From contig JAIVFI010000045.1 in the NCBI GenBank assembly GCA_025558095.1, positions 1 through 64,000 on the forward strand: DNA of 64,000 bases. The letters run 5' to 3'. Made by a program: the position numbers and the translations under genes. A model generated the notes under the pieces. That model saw only the letters and a program-made list of their open reading frames with translations. It did not search any database and had not been told where the DNA came from. Each line of letters begins with the position of its first letter. Position 1 is the first letter of the stretch. Shown piece after piece: positions 9,886 to 20,100 of this stretch. Source of the stretch: Hyaloraphidium curvatum SAG 235-1. Taxonomy: Eukaryota > Fungi > Monoblepharomycota.

Positions 9886-12318
9886 ATGTACGGCCGGCGT
9901 CGGGGCCGCCACGGCGTCGTCGGCCCGTTTTCCGGCGCACTCTTCCTGCTATGCGCGCTGCACGTGCGGGCGGGGCTGCCGGGACTCGGGCTGGCGGGCG
10001 TGGCGGGGCTGCCGGCGTTCGTCGCGTCGCAGGCGTTCGCGGCCGGCCTCGCCGTCCTCGCCCTGCTGGCCAGGAGCTATATCAGGCAGCTGAACTTGGG
10101 TTTCCGTCTGGCTGGAATGGCGTTGCTGGTCGGAGGCGTCGTGTTCAGCGCCCTCTTGCTGCCTATGGCCCACTGGGCGGCAAGGACCACGGGAGACACC
10201 GCCGACGTGCTGTTTGCCGACGAGGGCGCGACCCCGTTGCGGAGGTTGAAGAGCTCCTTCTTGAACGCGGTTGACGCGTCCCTCGCGATCGACGGCGCGT
10301 TGGCGGCTGTTGTCTTGGTGCTCCTCCTCCGCGACCTGCGGAACGTGCTCGGCGGGCGGTTCTTCCTGGAAAACCACAACAGTCCTCGATTTCTTGGTCT
10401 TCGGACTCCGCACCTTATTGCGCTCAGTCTGCTTGGCCTCCTTTTGGGCGCGCGTTGGCCGGCCCCGGATCCGAAGCTGCAGTCTCCCCTGCTCCTGGTC
10501 TTCAAAGGCGCCGCGGGCCAGTCTTCCGAGGACGTCGTGTCGTCGTTCGCCACCTCGATCGCTGACGCTGACGGACCCGTGGATTTCTTTTCCCTGCGCC
10601 ACGGCGCCGTGCCCCTCCCCCAAGAAATGCTGGACTCGCTCGCCCGCACCCGCAAGCGCTGGCTCTCCCTCGGCCGCACCCGCCCGCACGTCGTGCTGGT
10701 CCTCGTGGAATCCGTCGGGGCCCTGAACCTGCTCCCCGGCGGGCGGTGGGACCGGGAGCTGACCCCAAACATGTTCGCGTTCGCCGCCGAGGGTGCGCTC
10801 TTCCCGGCCGTCTACTCGCCCTTCCCCGCGACCATCAGGTCGCACGTGAGCATCATGACGGGCGGCTACGTGCTCACGTGGGGATCCGTCTACAAGGATC
10901 TGGGCCGCGAGTTCCTCGGCCCCACGATCCCGTCGACCTTCCGCGGCAAGGGATACAGGACCGCCTTCTTCTCGAGCGGCTACATGGACAGCGAAAACTC
11001 GGACGGCTACTACCGCGGGCTCGGCTTCGAAGAGCTGTTTTTCCCCGAGGAGCTCCCGCCCGACGACAAGAAGCGCCTCGAGATTTCGAGCTGGGGCATC
11101 GAGGAAGGGCACGTCGCGGACCGCGCGCTGGAGTGGCTGCTCGCGGACTCGGGGTCGCCGGCGCTCCTGGTGTGGAACCTCAACACCCCGCACCACCCGT
11201 ACCTTATCCCCGGCACCGCGGAGCCGTACGAGAAGGGCGCGGACGACAGGAGCAAGCACCGCTCGGCCATGCACCACGTCGACGCCGTGCTGGGCGACTT
11301 TGCCCGGCGGCTCAAGGACGCCGGGTTGGACAACACGGTCGTGGCGCTGGTCGGGGACCACGGCGAGGCCTTCGGCATCGAGCACGCGGGCAACTTCCTG
11401 CACCGCTCCTCGCTGTACGAGGAGAACGTGCGCTCCTTCGCCGTGCTCACCCACCTCGGCGGCGCCCTCGCCGGCAGCCCCGCGGTGGGCGACTTCCCCG
11501 TCGGCAACGGCGCGCTGCTGCCCACCCTCGCCGAGATGGCCGACGGCCGCCCCCGCGCGGGCTCGCTGTTCGCACCGCGGGCGCGGATCCTGTACTTCTT
11601 CAAGAACGCGGGGACGCAGCAGGTCGGGCTCCGGGACGGGGGGTGGAAGTTCGTCGCGGACCAGATGAAGGGCGGCGCGGTGCGGCTGTACAAGCTCGAC
11701 GCGGACCCGGAGTTCGTCCCCGCGTACCCGTCGCTGCCGCCGGAGGAGGACAAGGTGGCCCGCGCGGACGCCTGCGAGACCGAGGACGTCTCGGCGCGCT
11801 ACCCGGAGCTGGCGGCCGAGTACCTGGACCTGTGCAGGAGGTGGCTTGCCGCGGCCCAGAACGCGTGGGCGTCGCGGCTGCGCGGGAACACGGCGGAGGA
11901 CGTGGTGCGCGCGGAGGACCTGCTGGAGCCCGGGCCCAAGAGGATCGCGGTGGGGCACATGGAGGGCGGGGCGGGCTCGGACGAGGAGGACGAGGATGAA
12001 GAAGACGAGGACGAGGACGACGAAGACGACGACGGGGAGACTTTCGTGCCCAGCCTCGACGCCACCATCTCGGTCTCGGCCAAGCCGGCGATCTGGACCA
12101 AGAACGTGGCGTGGATCGAGGACACCAACGTCGTCTACGCCTTCCGCGGGCCGGAGGGGGAGGAGCGGAACGTGAGCTTCGTGCACAGCAGCGAGTGGAT
12201 GGACACGTACCTCTACCCGGCGGCGTCGCTGGACGGGATGCGGGAGGGGAGGTGGGAGGTGGTGCTCTGGCAGGGGGAGAGGAGGCTCTTGGGGATGAAC
12301 TTTACCGTGGTGGCGTGA
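9886..12318 (+). CDS. Membrane-anchored alkaline-phosphatase-superfamily enzyme (LTA synthase/sulfatase-like)
   Basis: N-terminal TM helices, then PHVVLVLVES, PATIRS (putative Thr nucleophile), TPHHPY and VGDHGE. There is an acidic tract near 11980-12035. Confidence 0.8.
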   Translation: MYGRRRGRHGVVGPFSGALFLLCALHVRAGLPGLGLAGVAGLPAFVASQAFAAGLAVLALLARSYIRQLNLGFRLAGMALLVGGVVFSALLLPMAHWAARTTGDTADVLFADEGATPLRRLKSSFLNAVDASLAIDGALAAVVLVLLLRDLRNVLGGRFFLENHNSPRFLGLRTPHLIALSLLGLLLGARWPAPDPKLQSPLLLVFKGAAGQSSEDVVSSFATSIADADGPVDFFSLRHGAVPLPQEMLDSLARTRKRWLSLGRTRPHVVLVLVESVGALNLLPGGRWDRELTPNMFAFAAEGALFPAVYSPFPATIRSHVSIMTGGYVLTWGSVYKDLGREFLGPTIPSTFRGKGYRTAFFSSGYMDSENSDGYYRGLGFEELFFPEELPPDDKKRLEISSWGIEEGHVADRALEWLLADSGSPALLVWNLNTPHHPYLIPGTAEPYEKGADDRSKHRSAMHHVDAVLGDFARRLKDAGLDNTVVALVGDHGEAFGIEHAGNFLHRSSLYEENVRSFAVLTHLGGALAGSPAVGDFPVGNGALLPTLAEMADGRPRAGSLFAPRARILYFFKNAGTQQVGLRDGGWKFVADQMKGGAVRLYKLDADPEFVPAYPSLPPEEDKVARADACETEDVSARYPELAAEYLDLCRRWLAAAQNAWASRLRGNTAEDVVRAEDLLEPGPKRIAVGHMEGGAGSDEEDEDEEDEDEDDEDDDGETFVPSLDATISVSAKPAIWTKNVAWIEDTNVVYAFRGPEGEERNVSFVHSSEWMDTYLYPAASLDGMREGRWEVVLWQGERRLLGMNFTVVA

Positions 12319-12558
12319 CGACCTCTTTCATGGTTGGTCTTTCTCTATCTGGGAACGAAAATGTCTTTCTTCAGCACTCCTTGTGCGACACGCGCGAGCT
12401 TCCCGCGCCGACGTCCGATCTACTAGGCACCACCTGCCATCCGGAGCTGGTCGATACGGCTGCACGTGTTGCAGTAGTACAAATGCCGATCTGCCCAGTG
12501 AGTGTCCTCGATCGCGCGACCCGTGCCCCGGCATAAGCAGACTCTCGCCCGCAACAGC

Positions 12559-14106
12559 ATGCCCAGCACCCTCAAGACCCCGGGCGTCTACATCGTCGAG
12601 AAGAACGCCTTTCCCAGCGCGGTGGTGGAGGTGGCCACCGCGGTGCCGGCCTTCGTCGGCTGGACCGAGCGGGCCGACAACCGGGGCACCTCGCTGCACC
12701 AGACGCCGTGGCCCATCTCGTCGATGGCGGAGTTTAGGACGTACTTTGGCGACGCGCCCACGGCCGGACACGTGCGCTTCACGCTCGCGCCTGCCGGCGG
12801 CACGGGCGACGCCGCACAGCCGCTGTGGGCGCGCGACGCGGCGCCGCTGGTGCTCGGCCGCACCGCATGCACCCTGCGGCAGACCGGCGGACGCTACCTG
12901 CTGTACCGTGCGATCGCGCTGTTCTTCCGCAACGGCGGGGGCCGCTGCTACGTCGTGTCGGCCGGGCCGTACGGCGACCTGGTGAACGCCGCCGCGCTCA
13001 CCGCCGGCGTGGACGCGCTGCAACGGGAGATGGAGCCCACGCTGCTCGTGATTCCCGAGGCCGTGCTGCTCCCGCAGTCCGACTGCGGGCAGCTGCAGCG
13101 GGCGATGCTGGCGCACTGCGGTTCCACGATGAAGAACCGCGTTGCCATCCTGGACGTGTGGGAGGGCTATCGCCCCCGCAGCGAAGACGGCGACGTGGTG
13201 GCCGCCTTCCGCGACGGCGTGGGCAGCGACTTCCTCGCCTTCGGGGCGGCGTATTACCCCTGGCTCAACACCGACCTGGTGGGCGCGCTGGAGCTCTCCC
13301 ACCGCCAGCTCGCGGCGGGCGACAGCCTGGACACCCTCATCGCCTGCCTGCACGAAGAAATCGCCTCGGACCCTTTGATCGACTCTGCAAAGAAGCCGGA
13401 CCTGGTGGCCTGGGTGGACAAGCTGAAGACCGTCACCGACGAGGCCGAAACCGCCACCTTGGTGAGGACAGTGCTCACCTTCAGCCCCGCGTTCGAGACC
13501 CTGCTCTCCGAGATGGCCAGGCGCCTGAACCTGCTGGCGCCGGCCGCGGCGCTGGCCGGCGTCTACACGATGGTGGACAGCAGCCGCGGCGTGTGGACGG
13601 CGCCCGCCAACGTGAGCCTCTCCAGTGTGATCAGCCCGGCCGTGCCCCTGTCGTCCGAAGAGCAAGAGGACCTGAACGTCACAATTACCGGCAAGTCGGT
13701 CAACGCCATCCGCAGCCTCGTCGGCGGGGGCGTGCTGGTGTGGGGTGCCCGCACCCTGGACGGCAACTCCCCGGACTGGCGCTACGTGAGCGTTCGACGC
13801 ACGATGATCATGCTGGAGGAGTCGATCAGGCTCGCCGCCGCGACCATGGTCTTCGAGCCCAACGAGGTCAACACCTGGACGACGGTGAAGTCGATGGTCG
13901 CCAACTTCCTCACCGGCGTGTGGAAGCGCGGCGGCCTGGCCGGCGCCGTGGCCGAAGACGCCTTCGGCGTGCGGGTGGGGCTGGGCGAGACAATGACGCC
14001 CCAGGACGTGCTGGAGGGCGTCATGCGGGTGACGGTGCTCCTCGCGGTGCAGCGGCCGGCGGAGTTCATGGAGGTGACGTTTCAGCAGCAGATGCAGAAA
14101 GGGTGA
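12559..14106 (+). CDS. Contractile tail sheath protein (eCIS Afp2/3, PVC/MAC-type), intact and intronless, 515 aa
   Basis: Motifs KTPGVYIVEK...ATAVPAFVG, FFRNGGGRCYVV, AAYYPWL, RGVWTAPAN, VWGARTL...WRYVSVRR, VFEPN and RPAEF. Confidence 0.93.
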   Translation: MPSTLKTPGVYIVEKNAFPSAVVEVATAVPAFVGWTERADNRGTSLHQTPWPISSMAEFRTYFGDAPTAGHVRFTLAPAGGTGDAAQPLWARDAAPLVLGRTACTLRQTGGRYLLYRAIALFFRNGGGRCYVVSAGPYGDLVNAAALTAGVDALQREMEPTLLVIPEAVLLPQSDCGQLQRAMLAHCGSTMKNRVAILDVWEGYRPRSEDGDVVAAFRDGVGSDFLAFGAAYYPWLNTDLVGALELSHRQLAAGDSLDTLIACLHEEIASDPLIDSAKKPDLVAWVDKLKTVTDEAETATLVRTVLTFSPAFETLLSEMARRLNLLAPAAALAGVYTMVDSSRGVWTAPANVSLSSVISPAVPLSSEEQEDLNVTITGKSVNAIRSLVGGGVLVWGARTLDGNSPDWRYVSVRRTMIMLEESIRLAAATMVFEPNEVNTWTTVKSMVANFLTGVWKRGGLAGAVAEDAFGVRVGLGETMTPQDVLEGVMRVTVLLAVQRPAEFMEVTFQQQMQKG

Positions 14107-14752
14107 GGATGACAGGATGGCTGCGGGCACCCGGATGGGCGTGGCGTAGTATCCATACGTCCCGTCGCTGCGGACACTTCCGTCGACCCCGATCCATGAG
14201 AACCCTGCGATGGAAGCCCCCGCACCGATCGGAAGTGAAAGTACTGCTGGCTGCCGGTGTGGCCATCGCACTGCTGGTCTACGGGCTCACCGGGATGCTG
14301 GTCCGGGTGCTCGGGGTCAGTCACTTCCCCTGCACTGTGGCTGAACCTCGAGCCTCATCGCGCTGAAGGCCGACCGCTGGCATCTGCAGCCCGACCTGGG
14401 CTTCGGCGGCCCGGTCGCGCGCAGCATCCAAATCGATGCACCCGACCCGTCACCGATGTGGACCGTGATTTCCAGCTTTCGGCTGAGGCACGCCCGTGTC
14501 CCACCTCAGCTCATCGGCAGCCTTACGCTCATACAGTACCAGAACCGAGTTTGTCCGACTGTTCACGGCTGCGTAGTGCGTTGTCGTGAAGTCCGTCCCC
14601 TTGTTCGCCGACACCCAGAGCCCTCGTTGCCAAACGTGCTATCTCTTCGGACCTCGATAACTCTGCTTATTGGTGCGGAATGGGTCTGATAGCTTTTGGC
14701 TCGGACCTCGGATCGAGTCGTCTTTGTTCGGTCGCACCGCTTTTTTGGATCT

Positions 14753-16945
14753 CTACCCCTCTTCCTCATAGGACGCTTCACCATCCGAACCATCATCGTC
14801 CCCCTTTCCCTCATACTCAACTGCACGGCTCGGAAGCACCTCAAACTGCCTGCTCGCCCCCTCCCATTCCCTCATCCCCCTGAGCCCCTTGGCCACCCCC
14901 CTCGCGCGGAACCTGTACTCCCCCCCCTCCGTCCCCCTCGCCACGGTCCACCTGCATACATGCTTGGACGCCGCCACCCCGTGCCGCCGCCACTCGAACG
15001 CCGTGTCGGGGTGGTCGTCGTCCAGCGCGGGCATCCACCCCGAGGCCGTCCGCCGCTCGACGAGGCAGTACCACGGCACCCTGTCAAACGCGTTGTTGGG
15101 GTGCGAACCGACAAAGACGGCCTCGGCGGCGGTACCGGCCGCGATCCGGCGGGCAGGCTGCTTGCCGACGTCGCCGTACCCGGTTCCGATCGCGGGGGCG
15201 TCGAGCACCACCTGCCCCCGTAGGAACACCCTGTTCAGATCACCGAGCCCCATGGCCGGCGGCCTGGCCGCATCGGGGAGCGCTCCCGGCGGCGCCCCGC
15301 GCGCCACGTGCGCCGCGACCTTCGAAAATTCCAGCTGCGCGGCCTCGAGCTGGTCTGGCCCGAAATGCGTGCTCGCGCCCTCGTACTCCTGCGCGCCGTA
15401 CTCCTCCCGTGTGGTCATGTACCCCGCGTAGGCGTTGGACACGCACGCGAGCTCGACCCTGGCCACACCGTGCCGCCGCGCGGCGGCGAGGATAGTTTTG
15501 CGGAGGCGGGCGCCGGCGACGGTGGTCACCTCGAAGGGCAGCGCGGCGATGGCCAGGGCGCCGATGCGGACGACCTGCACGGGTAGCACGCGCGGGGTGA
15601 GGGGGAACTTGCGGAGGAAGGAGGCCTCGCCGGTCGCGAGCACGATCTGCTTGGGGCCCTGGCACCGCTTGAGCGCCTTGGAGACGGGCTTCTGGGTGAG
15701 CAGACTGCCGACCCCGCGGAAGAGGCCCGACCAGATCTTGGAGGCCCGGCTGGTGATGTCGCCTTCGGGGATGAGCAGGAGGCCGCGGCCGTCTTCGGTG
15801 CCGGTGTACATGGCGCTACCGACGGCTGCGCTGCAGGTTGTGCGGCCGCCGGGGAGGGACACGTTGGCGAAATCGACGTAGCGCAGCGCGGACGCCACGG
15901 GCCCGTCGAGCTCCTCCGTCGCGGCGCGCAGGGCGGAGAGGGCCAGCTCGAACTGGCGCTTGCCGGCGGTGCGCATCGCCTCTGAGTCCCGCCTGCCGTT
16001 GGGGCCGACGAACTCGCCGCGCCCCTCGCCCCCCGAGCCCGGCTTGTCCAGCAGGTTGGGGCTGACGTCGCCCGAATCCGACTGGCCGAAAGCGGCCACG
16101 TAGCTTGAGCCCTTGTGCTGCTCGAGCAGCCACTCGGCGTACCCCTTGTTGTCGCCGGTGATGAGGCGATGGGCGCTCGAATACGAGGTCGGGTGCAGAG
16201 GGAAGAAGTTGAGCGACCCGATCTCCTTCTCCCTGCCGCCGCGGCCCCGCCGCACGAACCGCAGCAGCGTCATGCGCGTGTTGACGGGCTCGAAGCCGGG
16301 CTGCCTGGCCTCCGGGTCCCGCGCCTGGGCCGTGGCCGCCCGGTTGCGCTGGAGGACGCCCGGGCGGGTCCTTGCCTCGCCGACAAACACCCTCCCCGGG
16401 GCTGCCCCGGCGTCCGCCCGGGCGATCGCGTCGACCACGCCGGCCACGATGCGCTCGTAATGCGGGCGGCTGAAGCCGCCGATCGTCAGGTCGTACAGCA
16501 GCCACCCCTGGTAACCGCCGGGGCCGAGGTGCGTGTGCGTCGCGTGCAGCACGACGTTGTCCTCGCCGTACCGGCCGTCGGCGAACCGCGCCGTCAGCGC
16601 CCGCAGCACGCCGTCGCGGAGCACCTGCGAGAAGCCCCACAGGTCCGCGACGACGAACGCGACGCGTCCGCCCGCGCCGCCGACCACGAACGCGCGCGCC
16701 CACAGCCGCTGCTCGATGCCCGCGCCCGTCTGCGCGCTCTGCGCATAGCCCTGGAAAACCACCTCGGCGGGCGGGCCGGTTATGTCGGCCTTGCCGACGC
16801 CGACAGAGAGCGCGTCGCCGGGCACCGTGCACACGAGGGTCGCGAGGGCAAACGCCGCCGCGGAAATCCCCAGAAGCGGAACACAAAAGCTCCGATGCCG
16901 CAGTCTGGGACTCGGCCCGAACCGGGGCTGCGAGGCTCTGTCCAT
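14753..16945 (-). CDS. Neutral/alkaline non-lysosomal ceramidase
   Basis: VGVGKADITGP, RLWARAF, ATHTH.GPGG, HPTS, GDNKGYA, GDVSPN and EY..QEYEGAST.FGP, plus an N-terminal hydrophobic anchor. Confidence 0.92.
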   Translation of the reverse strand: MDRASQPRFGPSPRLRHRSFCVPLLGISAAAFALATLVCTVPGDALSVGVGKADITGPPAEVVFQGYAQSAQTGAGIEQRLWARAFVVGGAGGRVAFVVADLWGFSQVLRDGVLRALTARFADGRYGEDNVVLHATHTHLGPGGYQGWLLYDLTIGGFSRPHYERIVAGVVDAIARADAGAAPGRVFVGEARTRPGVLQRNRAATAQARDPEARQPGFEPVNTRMTLLRFVRRGRGGREKEIGSLNFFPLHPTSYSSAHRLITGDNKGYAEWLLEQHKGSSYVAAFGQSDSGDVSPNLLDKPGSGGEGRGEFVGPNGRRDSEAMRTAGKRQFELALSALRAATEELDGPVASALRYVDFANVSLPGGRTTCSAAVGSAMYTGTEDGRGLLLIPEGDITSRASKIWSGLFRGVGSLLTQKPVSKALKRCQGPKQIVLATGEASFLRKFPLTPRVLPVQVVRIGALAIAALPFEVTTVAGARLRKTILAAARRHGVARVELACVSNAYAGYMTTREEYGAQEYEGASTHFGPDQLEAAQLEFSKVAAHVARGAPPGALPDAARPPAMGLGDLNRVFLRGQVVLDAPAIGTGYGDVGKQPARRIAAGTAAEAVFVGSHPNNAFDRVPWYCLVERRTASGWMPALDDDHPDTAFEWRRHGVAASKHVCRWTVARGTEGGEYRFRARGVAKGLRGMREWEGASRQFEVLPSRAVEYEGKGDDDGSDGEASYEEEG

Positions 16946-17102
16946 GTTCGAGCGGCTTCGAGTGTTCGGAGAGACGACGGGTCCTCCGAAAAGCTCATCC
17001 GCAAAACCGTTCAGTGGTATGCCGGCCGGAGCCGCACTCCAGCCTACCCGCTCTTCCATCAATGCCCGACCTTACATATCTCGATGTAGCCAGTTCTTGC
17101 GT

Positions 17103-20100
17103 CTAGAAAGGAGTGTAATCCTTCGGGTACCGCGCGAGCAGCTGGGCGCCCTCCACCTCGGGCCACGGGTTGCCCTCGGTCCCGAACGTCTCCTTCAGCA
17201 GCTCGATCCTCAGCTCCGCCAGGCCCTTGATGGCCGAGCCCTTGCTGCTCCGCGTGCAGTCTCCCGCGGGCGGCTCGTCGAGGTACTTGTTCAGCACCTT
17301 GAGCGCCGAGCCGAGGGCACCGCGCCGGCGCTGCCGCCACACGTGGAGCGAAACCATCTTCGAGTCCTTTTCCGGCGACCCGGCCCCGTCGGCCCACTTG
17401 CTGTACTCCAGCCAGGCCGCGACGAGCTCGTCAAAAGGGTTCTTGTCCGCGGGAGCGCCTCCAGCCCTGACAGCTGTCTCCTCCAGCTCCGCCGCCGCCT
17501 TCAGGATCTGCACGCGCTTCAGCATGGCGGACACCATGGCATCCTTCCGCTGGTCCATATCCTTCTTGATCTGCTTCGCGGCGTCCGTCGACGTGTCCGA
17601 CTTGCCAGCGTAGTAGAGCGCGAGCTCGTTCTGGCCCGGACCTGCCGCGTCCGCGTCGCCAGATTTCCGGACGGTCCCGTTTGCCAGGCCGATGATCCGC
17701 TCCGCGAGCTCCACGGCCCTCTGCAGCTCGCCGTTCGCCGAAGCGGCCTTCTCCACGTCGAAAGGTTCGGCCTTGGCGGCATTTTCCGCCTCGCCGACGG
17801 CCGCAGCCTGCAGCGCGTCGAGCTTGGCGGCGAGCAGGGGCAAGTGGTCCGGGAATGACTCCTCCAGCTTCCTGACGAGCTCGTTGCGCCGCGCCACGTC
17901 CTTGAGCTTCGCGATCATGCCGATCTCGACGTCCCTGACGGCCTCGCGGAGCTGCGTGGCCTCGTCCTTCTCCTCCTTCGGCTTCCCGTTCTCCGACTTC
18001 GACTTGGGTCCCTCGGCCGGGACCACCATCGAGATCCCGACCAGCCCGCCGTCGATGCCCACGTTCCCGTTGTCGGTCGTCCCCGCCGGCCCGGCCCAGA
18101 CCTTGAGCTCGCCGACCAGCACGTCCCCCGGCGCGGCCTCCTTGGGCATTCCGTCCGCGGCGATGCCGGAAAGGAAAACCACCCGCCGCTCCCCCTTGGC
18201 GATAACGCGGTCCCCGAACCCGCCCTTGGAGCCCGCCACCAAAGTCCCCGCCGCCCCCGGGTACACCCCCGGCTTGACCTCCTTCACCTTGAGATCCATC
18301 ATCATCGGCCAGCCCTCCTTCAGGATCCGATCCAGCGCCGAGACGTCCGTGGAAAGCACCTGCGCGCGGACGGTGTACTCCCCGCCCTGCTTGGGCAGCT
18401 GCACCGCCTTCGGGTAGACGTCCCGCGTGGCGACCAGCTTGCGGGCCCAGTCGTGGATCATGCACAGGAAGCCGTCAAAGGGCGAGTCGTAGAGGAGGTC
18501 CGTGATCCAGGGGAAGTGGAAGGTGACGGAGCCGCTGTCAGTGGCTGGAACCTTGGGCTCGTAGACGAGGTTGAGGGCGTGCATCTGCTTGCCCGATGGA
18601 TGGACGTCCCGCGAGCCCAGTGGAACGATGGAGGAGAGGTCCTTGTTGAGGGCGACAGTCTTGCGCAGCGTGTCTGGCGACGAAACGCATGTCAGACTCC
18701 GCAGACCGTCGCAACCGAGACATCCCACCGAAGGACGGGTTGAGGTTGATCCGCTCCTTCCTCATCGGGCTCCACACCTCGACCCGCGCCGCCAGCGGCC
18801 CCGTGCCGCCGTTCACCCACAGCCCCCCGCCCCCGACGTTGGCCGTCCCCGCCACGCCGGCCCCGCCCGACACCCAGATCCCCCTGAACTCGACGTCGAC
18901 GTCCATCTCCGTCTCCCCGGGCGAGCTCCAGAACTGCGCCAGGCACACCTCGAGCACCTGCGACGCCGCCACCCGGAAGTGCCTCTGCACGACCGGCGGC
19001 TCGCCGTCCCCGCCGACGACGACGGCGTACTCGGTCTCGTTCCTCTCGGCGCGGGTCTGCGGGATCCCCGGGCCGCCCTGGCCGAGCTGCACCACGATCC
19101 GCGCCGGCGCGTCGCGGGGGCGCGGGCGTAGCACGAGGGTGGCGAAGTTGGCGTGGGGCGGGGCGGCGACGAAGCGGCGGATCACGGTGCCGGGGGAGAA
19201 TTTGAGGCCCGGGAAGCGCACAGTCCCGTCGTCCGGCACCGGGACCGGTTTGACCACCGCGATCGGGATCCGGAAAAGCGGGCCGCGGGAGTCGCCGTCG
19301 ATCGAGCCGCGGATCTCGGCGACGTGCAGGCCCGGGGGCAGCCCCGTGGGGTCCACGCGGATCGGGAAGGTCTTGCCGCCGCCGTTGAGGGCCACGTGGT
19401 CCGGGTGGCGGACCCAGTCCGGTGCGGCGGCGTCGGCATCCTGCGCGTCGGCCACGTGGGACGAGCGCGCCCCGCATTCCAGCCTGATGCGAAGGTCCAT
19501 GGCGGCCTTCATGCCGTTCCAGTTGGCGTTGCCGGGGTCGGCCACATCCCCGGGCCAGACGACGCCGATCGCGACCGAGGTGTGAACGGGCACGGGGTTC
19601 GGCGAGCGAATGTAGAGCCCGCGCGCCGCGTTGCCGGGACCCAGGGCCGAAGGGATCTCGGGGAAGGTGACTGGGTAGTCGAGGTCGTAGGGCGAGAGCC
19701 CGTGCGGCTCCCTTTCGAGGCCCTTGAGCCACTCGAGCGCGCGGGGCAGGTCGACGATGCCTTTCATGAACTCGTCGTTGACGGGGTTGGCGGTGTTCTC
19801 GAGGGCGCGGCGGACAGAATAGGGCGTCCACGAGATTCCGGCCTGACGGAGCGAGGAGAGGAGGAGCGCGGTGCCGCCGCTCGCGTTCGGGCTGCTCATG
19901 CTCGTGCCGTTCATAAGCTGCGGCACCATTGGCTGTCAACGACCGCCTCGCAAACCAGAGCAAGGCACCCACCTGGGTCGGCGCGAGGTTATACCTCGGC
20001 ACGCAGGTCACGGCCCCTCCCGGCGCGTAGACCCCCACCCCCGACCATCCGTCCGGCGCCGGCCCCCTCGAGCTCCATGTGTATACCTTCCCCACCTCGT

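Noticed and set aside
12320-14750. Prophage or complete eCIS operon around the sheath
   Set aside because: No tube, baseplate, integrase, terminal repeats or other phage genes are visible.
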